A stretch of DNA of 64,000 nt. Origin: Paraphysomonas bandaiensis (Eukaryota; Protista; Chrysophyceae). Below, one piece after another: positions 40,501-52,500 of this stretch. Below the pieces are notes generated by a model. The model was not told the origin of the DNA, made no database searches, and saw nothing but the letters and a program-made list of their open reading frames with translations. How positions within the stretch are numbered: the stretch's first letter is position 1; the number at the start of each line of letters is the position of its first letter. The DNA lies in NCBI GenBank assembly GCA_965644295.1, contig CBFFRP010000616.1, positions 124,001 to 188,000 on the forward strand. The letters are read 5' to 3'. Both the position numbers and the translations under genes were made by a program.

Positions 40501-43500
40501 CCAGTGGTGCTGCTGATCGTAATGGTGGTGAGTTGCTTTTATCTACAAGTGATTCTGGCTCTGCTGGTGATATTAGGATAAGCGGAGGTGTCTCAACAAG
40601 TAATCGTGGATCTTCTGTCGTAGTTAATGCCGGCAGCGCTCTGGGTGCGAGTGCTATGGATGAAGGGGGTAGTATTACACTCTCTGCTGGAAGTAGTCTG
40701 GGGTCTGCTGGTGGTGACGTTATTGTGTCCTCTGGAGATGGTACTGTTTCTAGCGGTGTGACTATATTGCGGTCTGGTGATAGTAGCCTTGAGCTATCCA
40801 AGGATCACGTTGACATAAGTTCTGGTGGATCGGCTTCTTTTCGCATACCCATGCCCACTGGGGATGGAGACAGTGGTACAATTGGCCTTGGAGTTTTGGA
40901 CCCATCTTCTGATAGGGCTGTCTATGATTTCCGCCTCCGAGCGTTTAATGACAGCTCGCGTATGTTGATTGCTAGTTCGCCAATGCAGGTCACTAAGGTT
41001 CAATACTCCTCTGATGAGAGAATAAAGCGTGATATTCAGCCAGTTGATGAAAATTCTATACTTCATCGACTCAAACAAGTTCAGCTTCAGAGTTATCGGT
41101 ACACTGAGGAGTGGCTTGGAGTGCGTGACGATGTTCAGGACGTGAGAGTAAGAGGTGTTATTGCCCAGGAATTGGCTAAAGTGTTTCCTGAACATGTTAA
41201 AGTCATACCTGAATACACTTTAGAAGACAAAAATATTACATTTAAAAATTTCCACCAAGTTGACAAGACATCCCTAATGATGGATTTAATTGCTGCTATT
41301 CAAGAACAGGCCAAGCGATTTTCCTCAGAAGAGAACACTGCAAGTAAGGGTGGGGATGTACGTATCAGTTCCGCTACGTGGGATGAAATCATGGACTCGT
41401 CTCCAGATACTGCAACCGGAGATGTGTATATTACGTCTGGTGAATCAAGATTTGCGCAATCTGGTAATGTTCGAATTGGGAGTGGAAGTAGTGGTGCGAC
41501 TTCTGGCGATGTGAAGATTGAAGCTGGTTTGAGTGGATCTGGTAATGGATCTCCTGTTCTGATACATGGTGGATCTGCTTCACAGTCTCACGAAAATAGT
41601 GGTGGGTCTGTTGAGCTGTCTGGTGGTGGTGGATATTCATCTGGGGATGTCGTGGTGTCCACGCTCTCAGCGACTGGTAGTTCTGGAAGTATTGTCCTTT
41701 CTGTTGGCAGCTCAAAGTCTGGATCGGGTGATCTTCGCTTCACTGCTGGTTCTGGTTCCCGTGGTGGCAACTCGGTTATTGTTTCAGGCTCGGCAACTTC
41801 TGGTGCTGGTGGTGCTATGTTTATTTCTAGTGGCGCGTCTGCAGTGGGGACTGGTGTCAGTGGAGAATCATTCTTTGGGTCTGCATCATCTCCTAGTGGC
41901 AGCGGGAGTGTTCGTATCGCCTCCGGTTTATCAAGTGCGAATAGCGGCTCTCTTACTATTGCGAGTGGAGACAGTGATGACGGGCGTGTCTCTCCTTTGT
42001 CATTATTTGGAGGCAGTAGTAAGTATCATTCTGGTGGTGATGTTTTAGTGCATGCGGGCTCTTCTGAGTCTTCCTTAAGTGTTGGTGGTAGTCTGCATTT
42101 GTCTGCTGGTTCCGGACCCACTGGCGGAAATACAAAAGTATCTGGTGGAGATGGTATTTCTGAAAGTGGAGGGGGTTTAATTTTGAGCGGTGGTGATGGA
42201 TCTGGTTCGGCGGCAGCAGGAAATGTAGATATTCAGGGAGGTCAGTCTTCTCTATATTCCGGAAGTGTCCGGTTAGGTGCTGGTTTTAGCGAAAATTCTC
42301 CTGGTCGGGTTAGTATATATTCTGGCAATTCTGTAGCTCGTAGTGGTGGCGACGTGACTTTGTCGTCTGGCTCGAGTGTGACCGGTAGTAGTGGTTCTCT
42401 TTTAATAGAGACGTCTGATAGTACATATGGTAAATCGGGAGATATAACGCTAATGACTGGGTTATCAAAAACTGGATCAGCTGGTGGTATTCTAGTCATG
42501 GTTGGTGATTCTCAATCTGCAGCGGAAGGGTCTGAAATTGTATTTTCATCCGGTAGTGGATTAAGTGGTGGTGCCGTGTCAATAACTGGTGGATATGGCT
42601 CAACCCATAGCGGGGGGGATGCTTTACTCTCATCAGGCTTATCGCTGTCGGGTTCAGGTGGAAATATTGGCATAAGTGGTGGTGCATCGAATGGCTTAGG
42701 ATATGGTGGAAACGTTGATATATCCAGCGGCTCTAGCGAGGCACGTTCTGGCTCCATTTCTCTTCGATCGGGTAGCGGCGATGCAGGAAGTTCTGGGGAC
42801 ATCTTTATTTCGACAGGATCATCTATGTCTGGTTCGTCGGGTAGTGTAGTTCTTTCTACTGGTGATTCCTCTAATGCAGTTGTTGGTTCCGATATATCCG
42901 TTACTGCTGGTTCTGGATCAGAAGGAGGATCGGTATCTGTTCGTGGAGGAACCGGTGCATCTGCTGATGGAGGCGAGACTGTGTTATCGGGAGGCGAATC
43001 TCGACTTGCATCTGGAGGATCTGTGACTGTACATGGTGGTTCTACTGAATCCTCTATGAATGGAGGCGACGTCAATTTGGTAGGTGGAACGAGCAGTGGT
43101 GGATTGAGTGGTACTGTTGCGGTGCATTCTTCTTCCAGTGGTACATCTGGTAGGGTTGTAATATCAACAGGCGACTCTTCTTCTGGTTCCTCTGGAGGCA
43201 TTGCCCTCTCAGTTGGAAATTCTTTATCGGGGTCCGTAGGGTCTGATGTTACCGTCAGCGCTGGTTCTGGTTCTTCGGGTGGATCTGTGTCTGTTGTTGC
43301 GGGCGTTGGACAGTCTGGAGGTGGAGGAGTTGCCTTATTATCAGGTGGTGATGGGACAACTGACCCGGGAGGAATGGTTGGAATCCGTGGGGGAGACTCT
43401 GATGTACGTGGAGGCGATATAGATATTTCTAGCGGTGATGGGGGGTCAGTGTCGTCCGGTTCCGTGTTTATTAGTTCTACGGCTTCTCCACATTCTAGTG

Positions 43501-46500
43501 GGGGTGTTTTTATATCTTCTGGTTCTGTTGGTAGTGGTTCTTCTGGTGATATCTCTCTGTCTGTTGGCGAATCTCTGTCGGCTGAAGGCTCTGCAGTATC
43601 TCTGATTTCGGGACAGGGAAGTTCTGGTGGATATGCGTCAATGACAGCTGGTGCTGGTAGTATTGGTGCTGGGGGTAGAGCTGTTGTTGCAGGAGGCGAT
43701 TCCTTAAATGCAAGAGGTGGTGATGCCTTAATTTTTGGTGGGTCTTCTATGTACGCAGGTAGTGGAGGGCATGTCGAATTAAAGAGCGGGAATAGCGTTT
43801 CCGGTGTCAGTGGCGATGTATTCATAAGTAGCCCCTCGGCATTGGAGAGTGGTGGTGTGAATATTGTTACTGGGGAATCGAGTACTGGAACACCAGGTTC
43901 AATTATGCTCTCAGTCGGTGAGTCTTTGTCGTCTGTAGGGTCTTCGTTATCTGCCAGTGCGGGATCAGGTGTAAGTGGTGGAGTGCTAGCATTTCAAGGT
44001 GGGAGAGGGACTGAGTCTGGTGGATATTCATCAATTCTTGGTGGGTTGGCTTTATCAGGTTCAGGTGGAAATGTTGGCATAAGTGGTGGTGCATCGAATG
44101 GCTTAGGATATGGTGGAAACGTTGATATATCCAGCGGCTCTAGCGAGGCACGTTCTGGCTCCATTTCTCTTCGATCGGGTAGCGGCGATGCAGGAAGTTC
44201 TGGGGACATCTTTATTTCGACAGGATCATCTATGTCTGGTTCGTCGGGTAGTGTAGTTCTTTCTACTGGTGATTCCTCTAATGCAGTTGTTGGTTCCGAT
44301 ATATCCGTTACTGCTGGTTCTGGATCAGAAGGAGGATCGGTATCTGTTCGTGGAGGAACCGGTGCATCTGCTGATGGAGGCGAGACTGTGTTATCGGGAG
44401 GCGAATCTCGACTTGCATCTGGAGGATCTGTGACTGTACATGGTGGTTCTACTGAATCCTCTATGAATGGAGGCGACGTCAATTTGGTAGGTGGAACGAG
44501 CAGTGGTGGATTGAGTGGTACTGTTGCGGTGCATTCTTCTTCCAGTGGTACATCTGGTAGGGTTGTAATATCAACAGGCGACTCTTCTTCTGGTTCCTCT
44601 GGAGGCATTGCCCTCTCAGTTGGAAATTCTTTATCGGGGTCCGTAGGGTCTGATGTTACCGTCAGCGCTGGTTCTGGTTCTTCGGGTGGATCTGTGTCTG
44701 TTGTTGCGGGCGTTGGACAGTCTGGAGGTGGAGGAGTTGCCTTATTATCAGGTGGTGATGGGACAACTGACCCGGGAGGAATGGTTGGAATCCGTGGGGG
44801 AGACTCTGATGTACGTGGAGGCGATATAGATATTTCTAGCGGTGGTGGGCGTTCAACAGGCGCTAGTGGGTCAGTCCTTATTCGTTCAGAGAGCGTAGGT
44901 GATGCTGGTCGTAGTGGTTCTATTAAATTACTCTCTGGTTCGTCGTTTTACCAAGCTGGTGGAATCGAGTTGAGTGTGGGACAAACGTCGATTGCAGGTG
45001 TTGCAGGTGATATCAATCTACTATCTGGTGAGGGTATAGTTGGTGGTCATGTTTCTTTACAAGGCGGAGTTGGTGATAAAATTGGCGGAGCTGTGCAAAT
45101 TCGTGGAGGTAGTTCTCGCTTGGGTGGGGGTGGTGTATCAGTTGAAAGTGGTTCGTCAGAAACAGGTCCTAGTGGAGGTGTTAGTGTGGTGTCTGCGAGC
45201 TCAACTGGTAACACAGGTGTTATGGAAATAGGATCTGGTAACTCTGGCAATGGGGATAGTGGGAGTGTTTTCATGTACAGTGGAGAAGCAAGTGATGGTT
45301 CTGGCGGTGTTTTAGATATACGCGGTGGTCGTGGCAGCAGTTTTGGAGGTCACGTAATAGTTTCTGCGGGGTATGGAGCGAAGGGTGGTGACATGTCTGT
45401 CAGTAGTGGTTCTGGTGACACTGTTAGTGGCCAGTTGTTGTTATCCAGTGGCGATAGCTATCAAGATGTTGGATCGACTGGGAATGTTGTGATTTTAACT
45501 GGTGCGTCTGGTGGTGCTAGTGGTGATATATTGGCAATGACGGGTTCTTCTGAAGGGGACTCTGGCTCTGTAGAGTTGGGAACTGGAGATAGCAAATCTG
45601 GTAGAGCTGGAGATAGTAGTATCGTAGCAGGATCAACTTTATCGTCTTCAGGTGCTGAAGTTAGCATTGTAGGTGGTACTTCGGAAGGCAGTGTAGGGGG
45701 TGGAGTGTCAGTAGTATCTGGTTTTGGTCCACGTAGTGGCAATGTCATTGTGAAGAGTAGCGGTGGTACCGTTTCATCTGGCGATGCTATTGTGGCATCT
45801 GGAGATGTAAGTGGAAGCGGATCTAGGTCTGGTGATGTTACGATATCTGCTGGAGTTGGTATGCATTTATTGGGTAGTAGAATACATTTGAGTGGCGTGG
45901 ATTCAACTGGTAGCAGTATTACTATGGAGAGTGGTTATGGTATAGGACGTAGTGGAAATATTTCTATTTCAACTGCTCTCGTAGATTTTGCATCTGGTGT
46001 TGTTGATATTGCATCCGGTAACTCGGTTGTTGAATCCTCTGGCGAAGTTTTTCTGCGCTCTGGATATGGTGAAGAGTCATCAGGTAGTGTCATTGTGCAG
46101 ACCGGGGAATCTGGTAATGTCGGTGGTACGGTTGAGGTATCTAGCGGTGATGGATTAATTGGAGGTCGTGTTGCTTTTAGTTCAGGAAATTCCAAAAGTG
46201 GAAACGGAGGTTCCATAGACTTAATTAGCGGGATGAGCATCAACTCTGATCGAAGTGGTGGTGAAATTTCAATTTCTAGCTCATCTTCTACTGCATCAAC
46301 AGGTCCAATACGTATATCTAGCGGACTCTCGACATATTCATCGGGACCTGTGTCCCTAACGACAGGCGACAGTTCGGATTCAACTGCAGGTTCTGTGCAT
46401 GTAAATGCTGGATCCAGTGGTGCTGATATTGGTTCTGATGTGGCAATCGTTGCTGGTAGTAGTTCTGGGGCTGGTGGTACTGTTTCATTGAGTGCTGGTT

Positions 46501-49500
46501 CTGGTGCAGCTGGTGGTGACTTAATTATTCGAAGTGGGATGGGATCAGATAAGTCTGGTGGCTCTGTGTTGATTAGTGCTGCAGATTCCAGTGGGAGTGA
46601 GTCATCTGGTGGAGAAGTATCACTAGTTGCGGGTCATTCGGTTGGTGGTGAAGGTGGTGATGCCTTGTTATCTGGCGGGTCTTCAGAGAGTGGACCTGGT
46701 GGAAATGTTGAACTGATAAGTGGTGCAAGCGATTCTGATGTGTCTGGCTCTGTTTTGGTATCATCTCATTCTGGTGATGTTGGATCTGGAGACGTGACTG
46801 TTTTATCAGGATCTTCACATACTGGAATGAGTGGATCCGTAGTGGTGTCATCTGGTGCTTCTGCCACTGGTAGTTCTGGAGATATTGTTCTTTCTGTTGG
46901 TACCGGTGGAGGAACCGATAGTGTTAGAGCTGGTGCAGTAACTGTTTCAAGTGGTTCTGGCAATATAGGTGGAGATGTATCGATATCAGCTGGTATTGGT
47001 TCTGTTGGGTCAGGTGGATCTGTGAGTATTTCATCGGAATCTAGCTCATCAATGGCTTCGACTGGTGGTGATATTGACATTAACAGTTCATCGTCGTTAG
47101 GATCATCTGGTAAGGTTTCGATGTCTAGTGGTTCATCGGAAATATCACCCTCTGGTTCGGTGTTGATATCGACAGGCGACAGTTCGGATTCAACTGCAGG
47201 TTCTGTGCATGTAAATGCTGGATCCAGTGGTGCTGATATTGGTTCTGATGTGGCAATCGTTGCTGGTAGTAGTTCTGGGACTGGTGGTACTGTTTCATTG
47301 AGTGCTGGTTCTGGTGCAGCTGGTGGTGACGTAACTATTCGAAGTGGGATGGGATCAGATAAGTCTGGTGGCTCTGTGTTGATTAGTGCTGCAGATTCCA
47401 GTGGGAGTGAGTCATCTGGTGGAGAAGTATCACTAGTTGCGGGTCATTCGGTTGGTGGTGAAGGTGGTGATGCCTTGTTATCTGGCGGGTCTTCAGAGAG
47501 TGGACCTGGTGGAAATGTTGAACTGATAAGTGGTGCAAGCGATTCTGATGTGTCTGGCTCTGTTTTGGTATCATCTCATTCTGGTGATGTTGGATCTGGA
47601 GACGTGACTGTTTTATCAGGATCTTCACATACTGGAATGAGTGGATCCGTAGTGGTGTCATCTGGTGCTTCTGCCACTGGTAGTTCTGGAGATATTGTTC
47701 TTTCTGTTGGTACCGGTGGAGGAACCGATAGTGTTAGAGCTGGTGCAGTAACTGTTTCAAGTGGTTCTGGCAATGTAGGTGGAGACGTATCGATATCAGC
47801 TGGTATTGGTTCTGTTGGGTCAGGTGGATCTGTGAGTATTTCATCGGAATCTAGCTCATCAATGGCTTCGACTGGTGGTGATATTGACATTAACAGTTCA
47901 TCGTCGTTAGGATCATCTGGTAAGGTTTCGATGTCTAGTGGTTCATCGGAAATATCACCCTCTGGTTCGGTGTTGATATCGACAGGCGACAGTTCGGATT
48001 CAGCTGCAGGTTCTGTGCATGTAAATGCTGGATCCAGTGGTGCTGATATTGGTTCTGATGTGGCAATCGTTGCTGGTAGTAGTTCTGGGACTGGTGGTAC
48101 TGTTTCATTGAGTGCTGGTTCTGGTGCAGCTGGTGGTGACGTAACTATTCGAAGTGGGATGGGATCAGATAAGTCTGGTGGCTCTGTGTTGATTAGTGCT
48201 GCAGATTCCAGTGGGAGTGAGTCATCTGGTGGAGAAGTATCACTAGTTGCGGGTCATTCGGTTGGTGGTGAAGGTGGTGATGCCTTGTTATCTGGCGGGT
48301 CTTCGGAGGTTGGGCGATCTGGTGGGGTCAGAGTTTCTGGTGGTACGAGTTCATTTGAGTCTGGGTCTCTACTCTTTTCCTCTTCGATGTCTTCTCAGAA
48401 GTCTGGTGATGTTGCTCTTGTAACTGGTTTGTCTCGCACTAGTACTAGCGGATCCATTTTAGTATCTACTGGTGTTTCTAGCGAAGGTGACTCTGGTGAC
48501 ATTGCACTTGTTGTGGGTAGTAGTGTATCTAAAGGTGGTAGTATTACAACAAGCAGTGGTTCCGGCAATGTAGGTGGAGATGTATCGATATCAGCTGGTA
48601 TTGGTTCTGTTGGGTCAGGTGGATCTGTGAGTATTTCATCGGAATCTAGCTCATCAATGGCTTCGACTGGTGGTGATATTGACATTAACAGTTCATCGTC
48701 GTTAGGATCATCTGGTAAGGTTTCGATGTCTAGTGGTTCATCGGAAATATCACCCTCTGGTTCGGTGTTGATATCGACAGGCGACAGTTCGGATTCAACT
48801 GCAGGTTCTGTGCATGTAAATGCTGGATCCAGTGGTGCTGATATTGGTTCTGATGTGGCAATCGTTGCTGGTAGTAGTTCTGGGACTGGTGGTACTGTTT
48901 CATTGAGTGCTGGTTCTGGTGCAGCTGGTGGTGACTTAATTATTCGAAGTGGGATGGGATCAGATAAGTCTGGTGGCTCTGTGTTGATTAGTGCTGCAGA
49001 TTCCAGTGGGAGTGAGTCATCTGGTGGAGAAGTATCACTAGTTGCGGGTCATTCGGTTGGTGGTGAAGGTGGTGATGCCTTGTTATCTGGCGGGTCTTCA
49101 GAGAGTGGACCTGGTGGAAATGTTGAACTGATAAGTGGTGCAAGCGATTCTGATGTGTCTGGCTCTGTTTTGGTATCATCTCATTCTGGTGATGTTGGAT
49201 CTGGAGACGTGACTGTTTTATCAGGATCTTCACATACTGGAATGAGTGGATCCGTAGTGGTGTCATCTGGTGCTTCTGCCACTGGTAGTTCTGGAGATAT
49301 TGTTCTTTCTGTTGGTACCGGTGGAGGAACCGATAGTGTTAGAGCTGGTGCAGTAACTGTTTCAAGTGGTTCTGGCAATGTAGGTGGAGATGTATCGATA
49401 TCAGCTGGTATTGGTTCTGTTGGGTCAGGTGGATCTGTGAGTATTTCATCGGAATCTAGCTCATCAATGGCTTCGACTGGTGGTGATATTGACATTAACA

Positions 49501-52500
49501 GTTCATCGTCGTTAGGATCATCTGGTAAGGTTTCGATGTCTAGTGGTTCGTCGGAAATATCACCCTCTGGTTCGGTGTTGATATCGACAGGCGACAGTTC
49601 GGATTCAACTGCAGGTGCACTTCATTTTCGTACGGGAAATGGTCAATTAGGTGGAGGAACTATAAGTTTTAGCGCTGGTAGTTCTGGTCTTGGTCAGTTG
49701 GGTGGTGATTTCGTTTTCGAAGGTGGGACTGCGTCGTATGGTGGTAATATCACTATGTCTGGTGGTTTTGCTGATGAATACGTCGGTGGGAGTATTTCAT
49801 TGACTGGTGGTGGTGGTGTTTCGAGGGGTGGTAATATTGCTATTGCTGCAGGAGGTAATGATATGTCGGATGGCGGGGATGCCTTGTTGATCAGTGGTAA
49901 CGGAGTCACTGCTGGTGACGTGATTTTGATGGGTGGCTACTCGAGTAGTAAATCTGGAGGCAATGTAATCATAGAAAGTGGTGAAAGTTTTTCGGATGAA
50001 TCTGGATTTTTAAGAATGCATTCATCTTCTTCTGAGTACCGGAGCGGTGACGTGATTATTGAGTCCGGTTCCGTTGCGGAAGGTCGCAGCGGGAACATTC
50101 GTTTGAATTCTGGGGCGTCTACTTCTACGTCAACAGGTTCTATTGAACTGTCAACAGGTGATGGCAATGGAGTAGGGGCTGGTAGTATTGATATTTTTGG
50201 AGGTATGGGACGCGTTGGAGGGGGCGTTAGTATTGCGGGAGGTAGAAGTTTATCCGAAAGCGGGGGTTCAGTACTAATGCTTTCAGGTGAAAGTTCTTCA
50301 GTTTCTTATTCCAGTGGTGATGCACATATCGAAACAGCATCATCTTCAGGATCATCTGGTTCAGTGAAAATTACCAGCGGTGGTGCTAATGTATTGCAAA
50401 CGGGTTCATTATATCTAGCAAGTGGAGATAGTTCGGGTTCAACTGCAGGTTCTGTGCATGTAAATGCTGGATCCAGTGGTGCTGATATTGGTTCTGATGT
50501 GGCAATCGTTGCTGGTAGTAGTTCTGGGACTGGTGGTACTGTTTCATTGAGTGCTGGTTCTGGTGCAGCTGGTGGTGACGTAACTATTCGAAGTGGGATG
50601 GGATCAGATAAGTCTGGTGGCTCTGTGTTGATTAGTGCTGCAGATTCCAGTGGGAGTGAGTCATCTGGTGGAGAAGTATCACTAGTTGCGGGTCATTCGG
50701 TTGGTGGTGAAGGTGGTGATGCCTTGTTATCTGGCGGGTCTTCAGAGAGTGGACCTGGTGGAAATGTTGAACTGATAAGTGGTGCAAGCGATTCTGATGT
50801 GTCTGGCTCTGTTTTGGTATCATCTCATTCTGGTGATGTTGGATCTGGAGACGTGACTGTTTTATCAGGATCTTCACATACTGGAATGAGTGGATCCGTA
50901 GTGGTGTCATCTGGTGCTTCTGCCACTGGTAGTTCTGGAGATATTGTTCTTTCTGTTGGTACCGGTGGAGGAACCGATAGTGTTAGAGCTGGTGCAGTAA
51001 CTGTTTCAAGTGGTTCTGGCAATGTAGGTGGAGATGTATCGATATCAGCTGGTATTGGTTCTGTTGGGTCAGGTGGATCTGTGAGTATTTCATCAGAATC
51101 TAGCTCATCAATGGCTTCGACTGGTGGTGATATTGACATTAACAGTTCATCGTCGTTAGGATCATCTGGTAAGGTTTCGATGTCTAGTGGTTCATCGGAA
51201 ATATCACCCTCTGGTTCGGTGTTGATATCGACAGGCGACAGTTCGGATTCAACTGCAGGTTCTGTGCATGTAAATGCTGGATCCAGTGGTGCTGATATTG
51301 GTTCTGATGTGGCATTCGTTGCTGGTAGTAGTTCTGGGACTGGTGGTACTGTTTCATTGAGTGCTGGTTCTGGTGCAGCTGGTGGTGATGTTCTTTTAGA
51401 AAGTGGTGTTGGTTTGTCCCAGAAGAGTGGTAGTATTATTATTACTGGTGGCTTGTCTTCTGGTGTTTTTTCTGGCGGGAGTGTTGCTGTTAGTGGAGGG
51501 GGTAGCAGTGATGTAGGTGGTGAAGTTTCGTTTAGTGGCGGATCTGGTAAGAGTGGTGGGGGTAGTGCTTCCCTTTCTGGCGGCATCGGAGTCGATAGCG
51601 TCGGCGGTGCAGTGGTGGTATCCGGAGGATTGTCGGGTGGTGGGACAGGCGGCTCTGTGGTTCTTATATCAGGTGTCGGTAAAGATTCCAGTGGTGATGT
51701 ATTGATGGCTTCCTCTTCTTCTGATGTCGGCTCTAGTGGTGCGGTTGTTATTTCAACTGGCACGTCTGACACGGGGATAGTTGGTAATATTGTTTTGTCG
51801 GTTGGCGCTAGCAAAAGCTCTAGCTCTGACGGAAGCGATATACTTCTCTCTGCAGGAGCTGGGCGAAATGGTGGTGATGTTTCCATTGTTGGTGGTATGG
51901 GGGAACATGGGCGTGGTGGTTCTGTTCGTATTATGGGTGGATCCAATGCTGATATATCTTCGTCAGGTGGTACAAGTGGGGTTGACATTGGGACGTTATC
52001 TAGCGACACTTATTCAGGTAGTGTCAGAGTAACCACCGGTGAAGTTTCACGTGGTTCTTCAGGGGCTGTATCAATTGCATCAGGTGATAGTGATGAAGTC
52101 GCTGGAGAGGTCAATATTGCTCCAGGAATCACCGGGCCATACCATGACGGTTCACATTTGTTAATGTCAGGGGGCAAGACGATTTCTACTCTTCACCGTG
52201 GTGGTGATGTCAAGATAAGTTCTGGTGTTAGTGGCTCTACGGGAGGACGTGGTGGTGACATCGTAGCTGTAGCTAGTGATGGTGATGCGATTGGTGGCTC
52301 TATAATTCTGTCGTCTGGGGCTTCTTCTGGTTTAGGGATGGCTGGGAATGTAGACATATCTGCCGGGCAGTCCACTTCCGATTTAGGAGGTGATGTCTTC
52401 CTACGTTCGGGCGGATCCCAGGGTCGAAGGGGTGGGGGTGTCCATTTAACTTCATCGGACAGTTCTCACTCTGGTGACATATCTCTTATTTCTGGTAATG

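Noticed and set aside
10434-41321. Calling the gene MYRF or a prophage tailspike
   Set aside because: Only the ICA domain is shared. No Ndt80-like DNA-binding domain, TM segment, sialidase domain or neighbouring phage genes are visible in the window, so no gene symbol is assigned.
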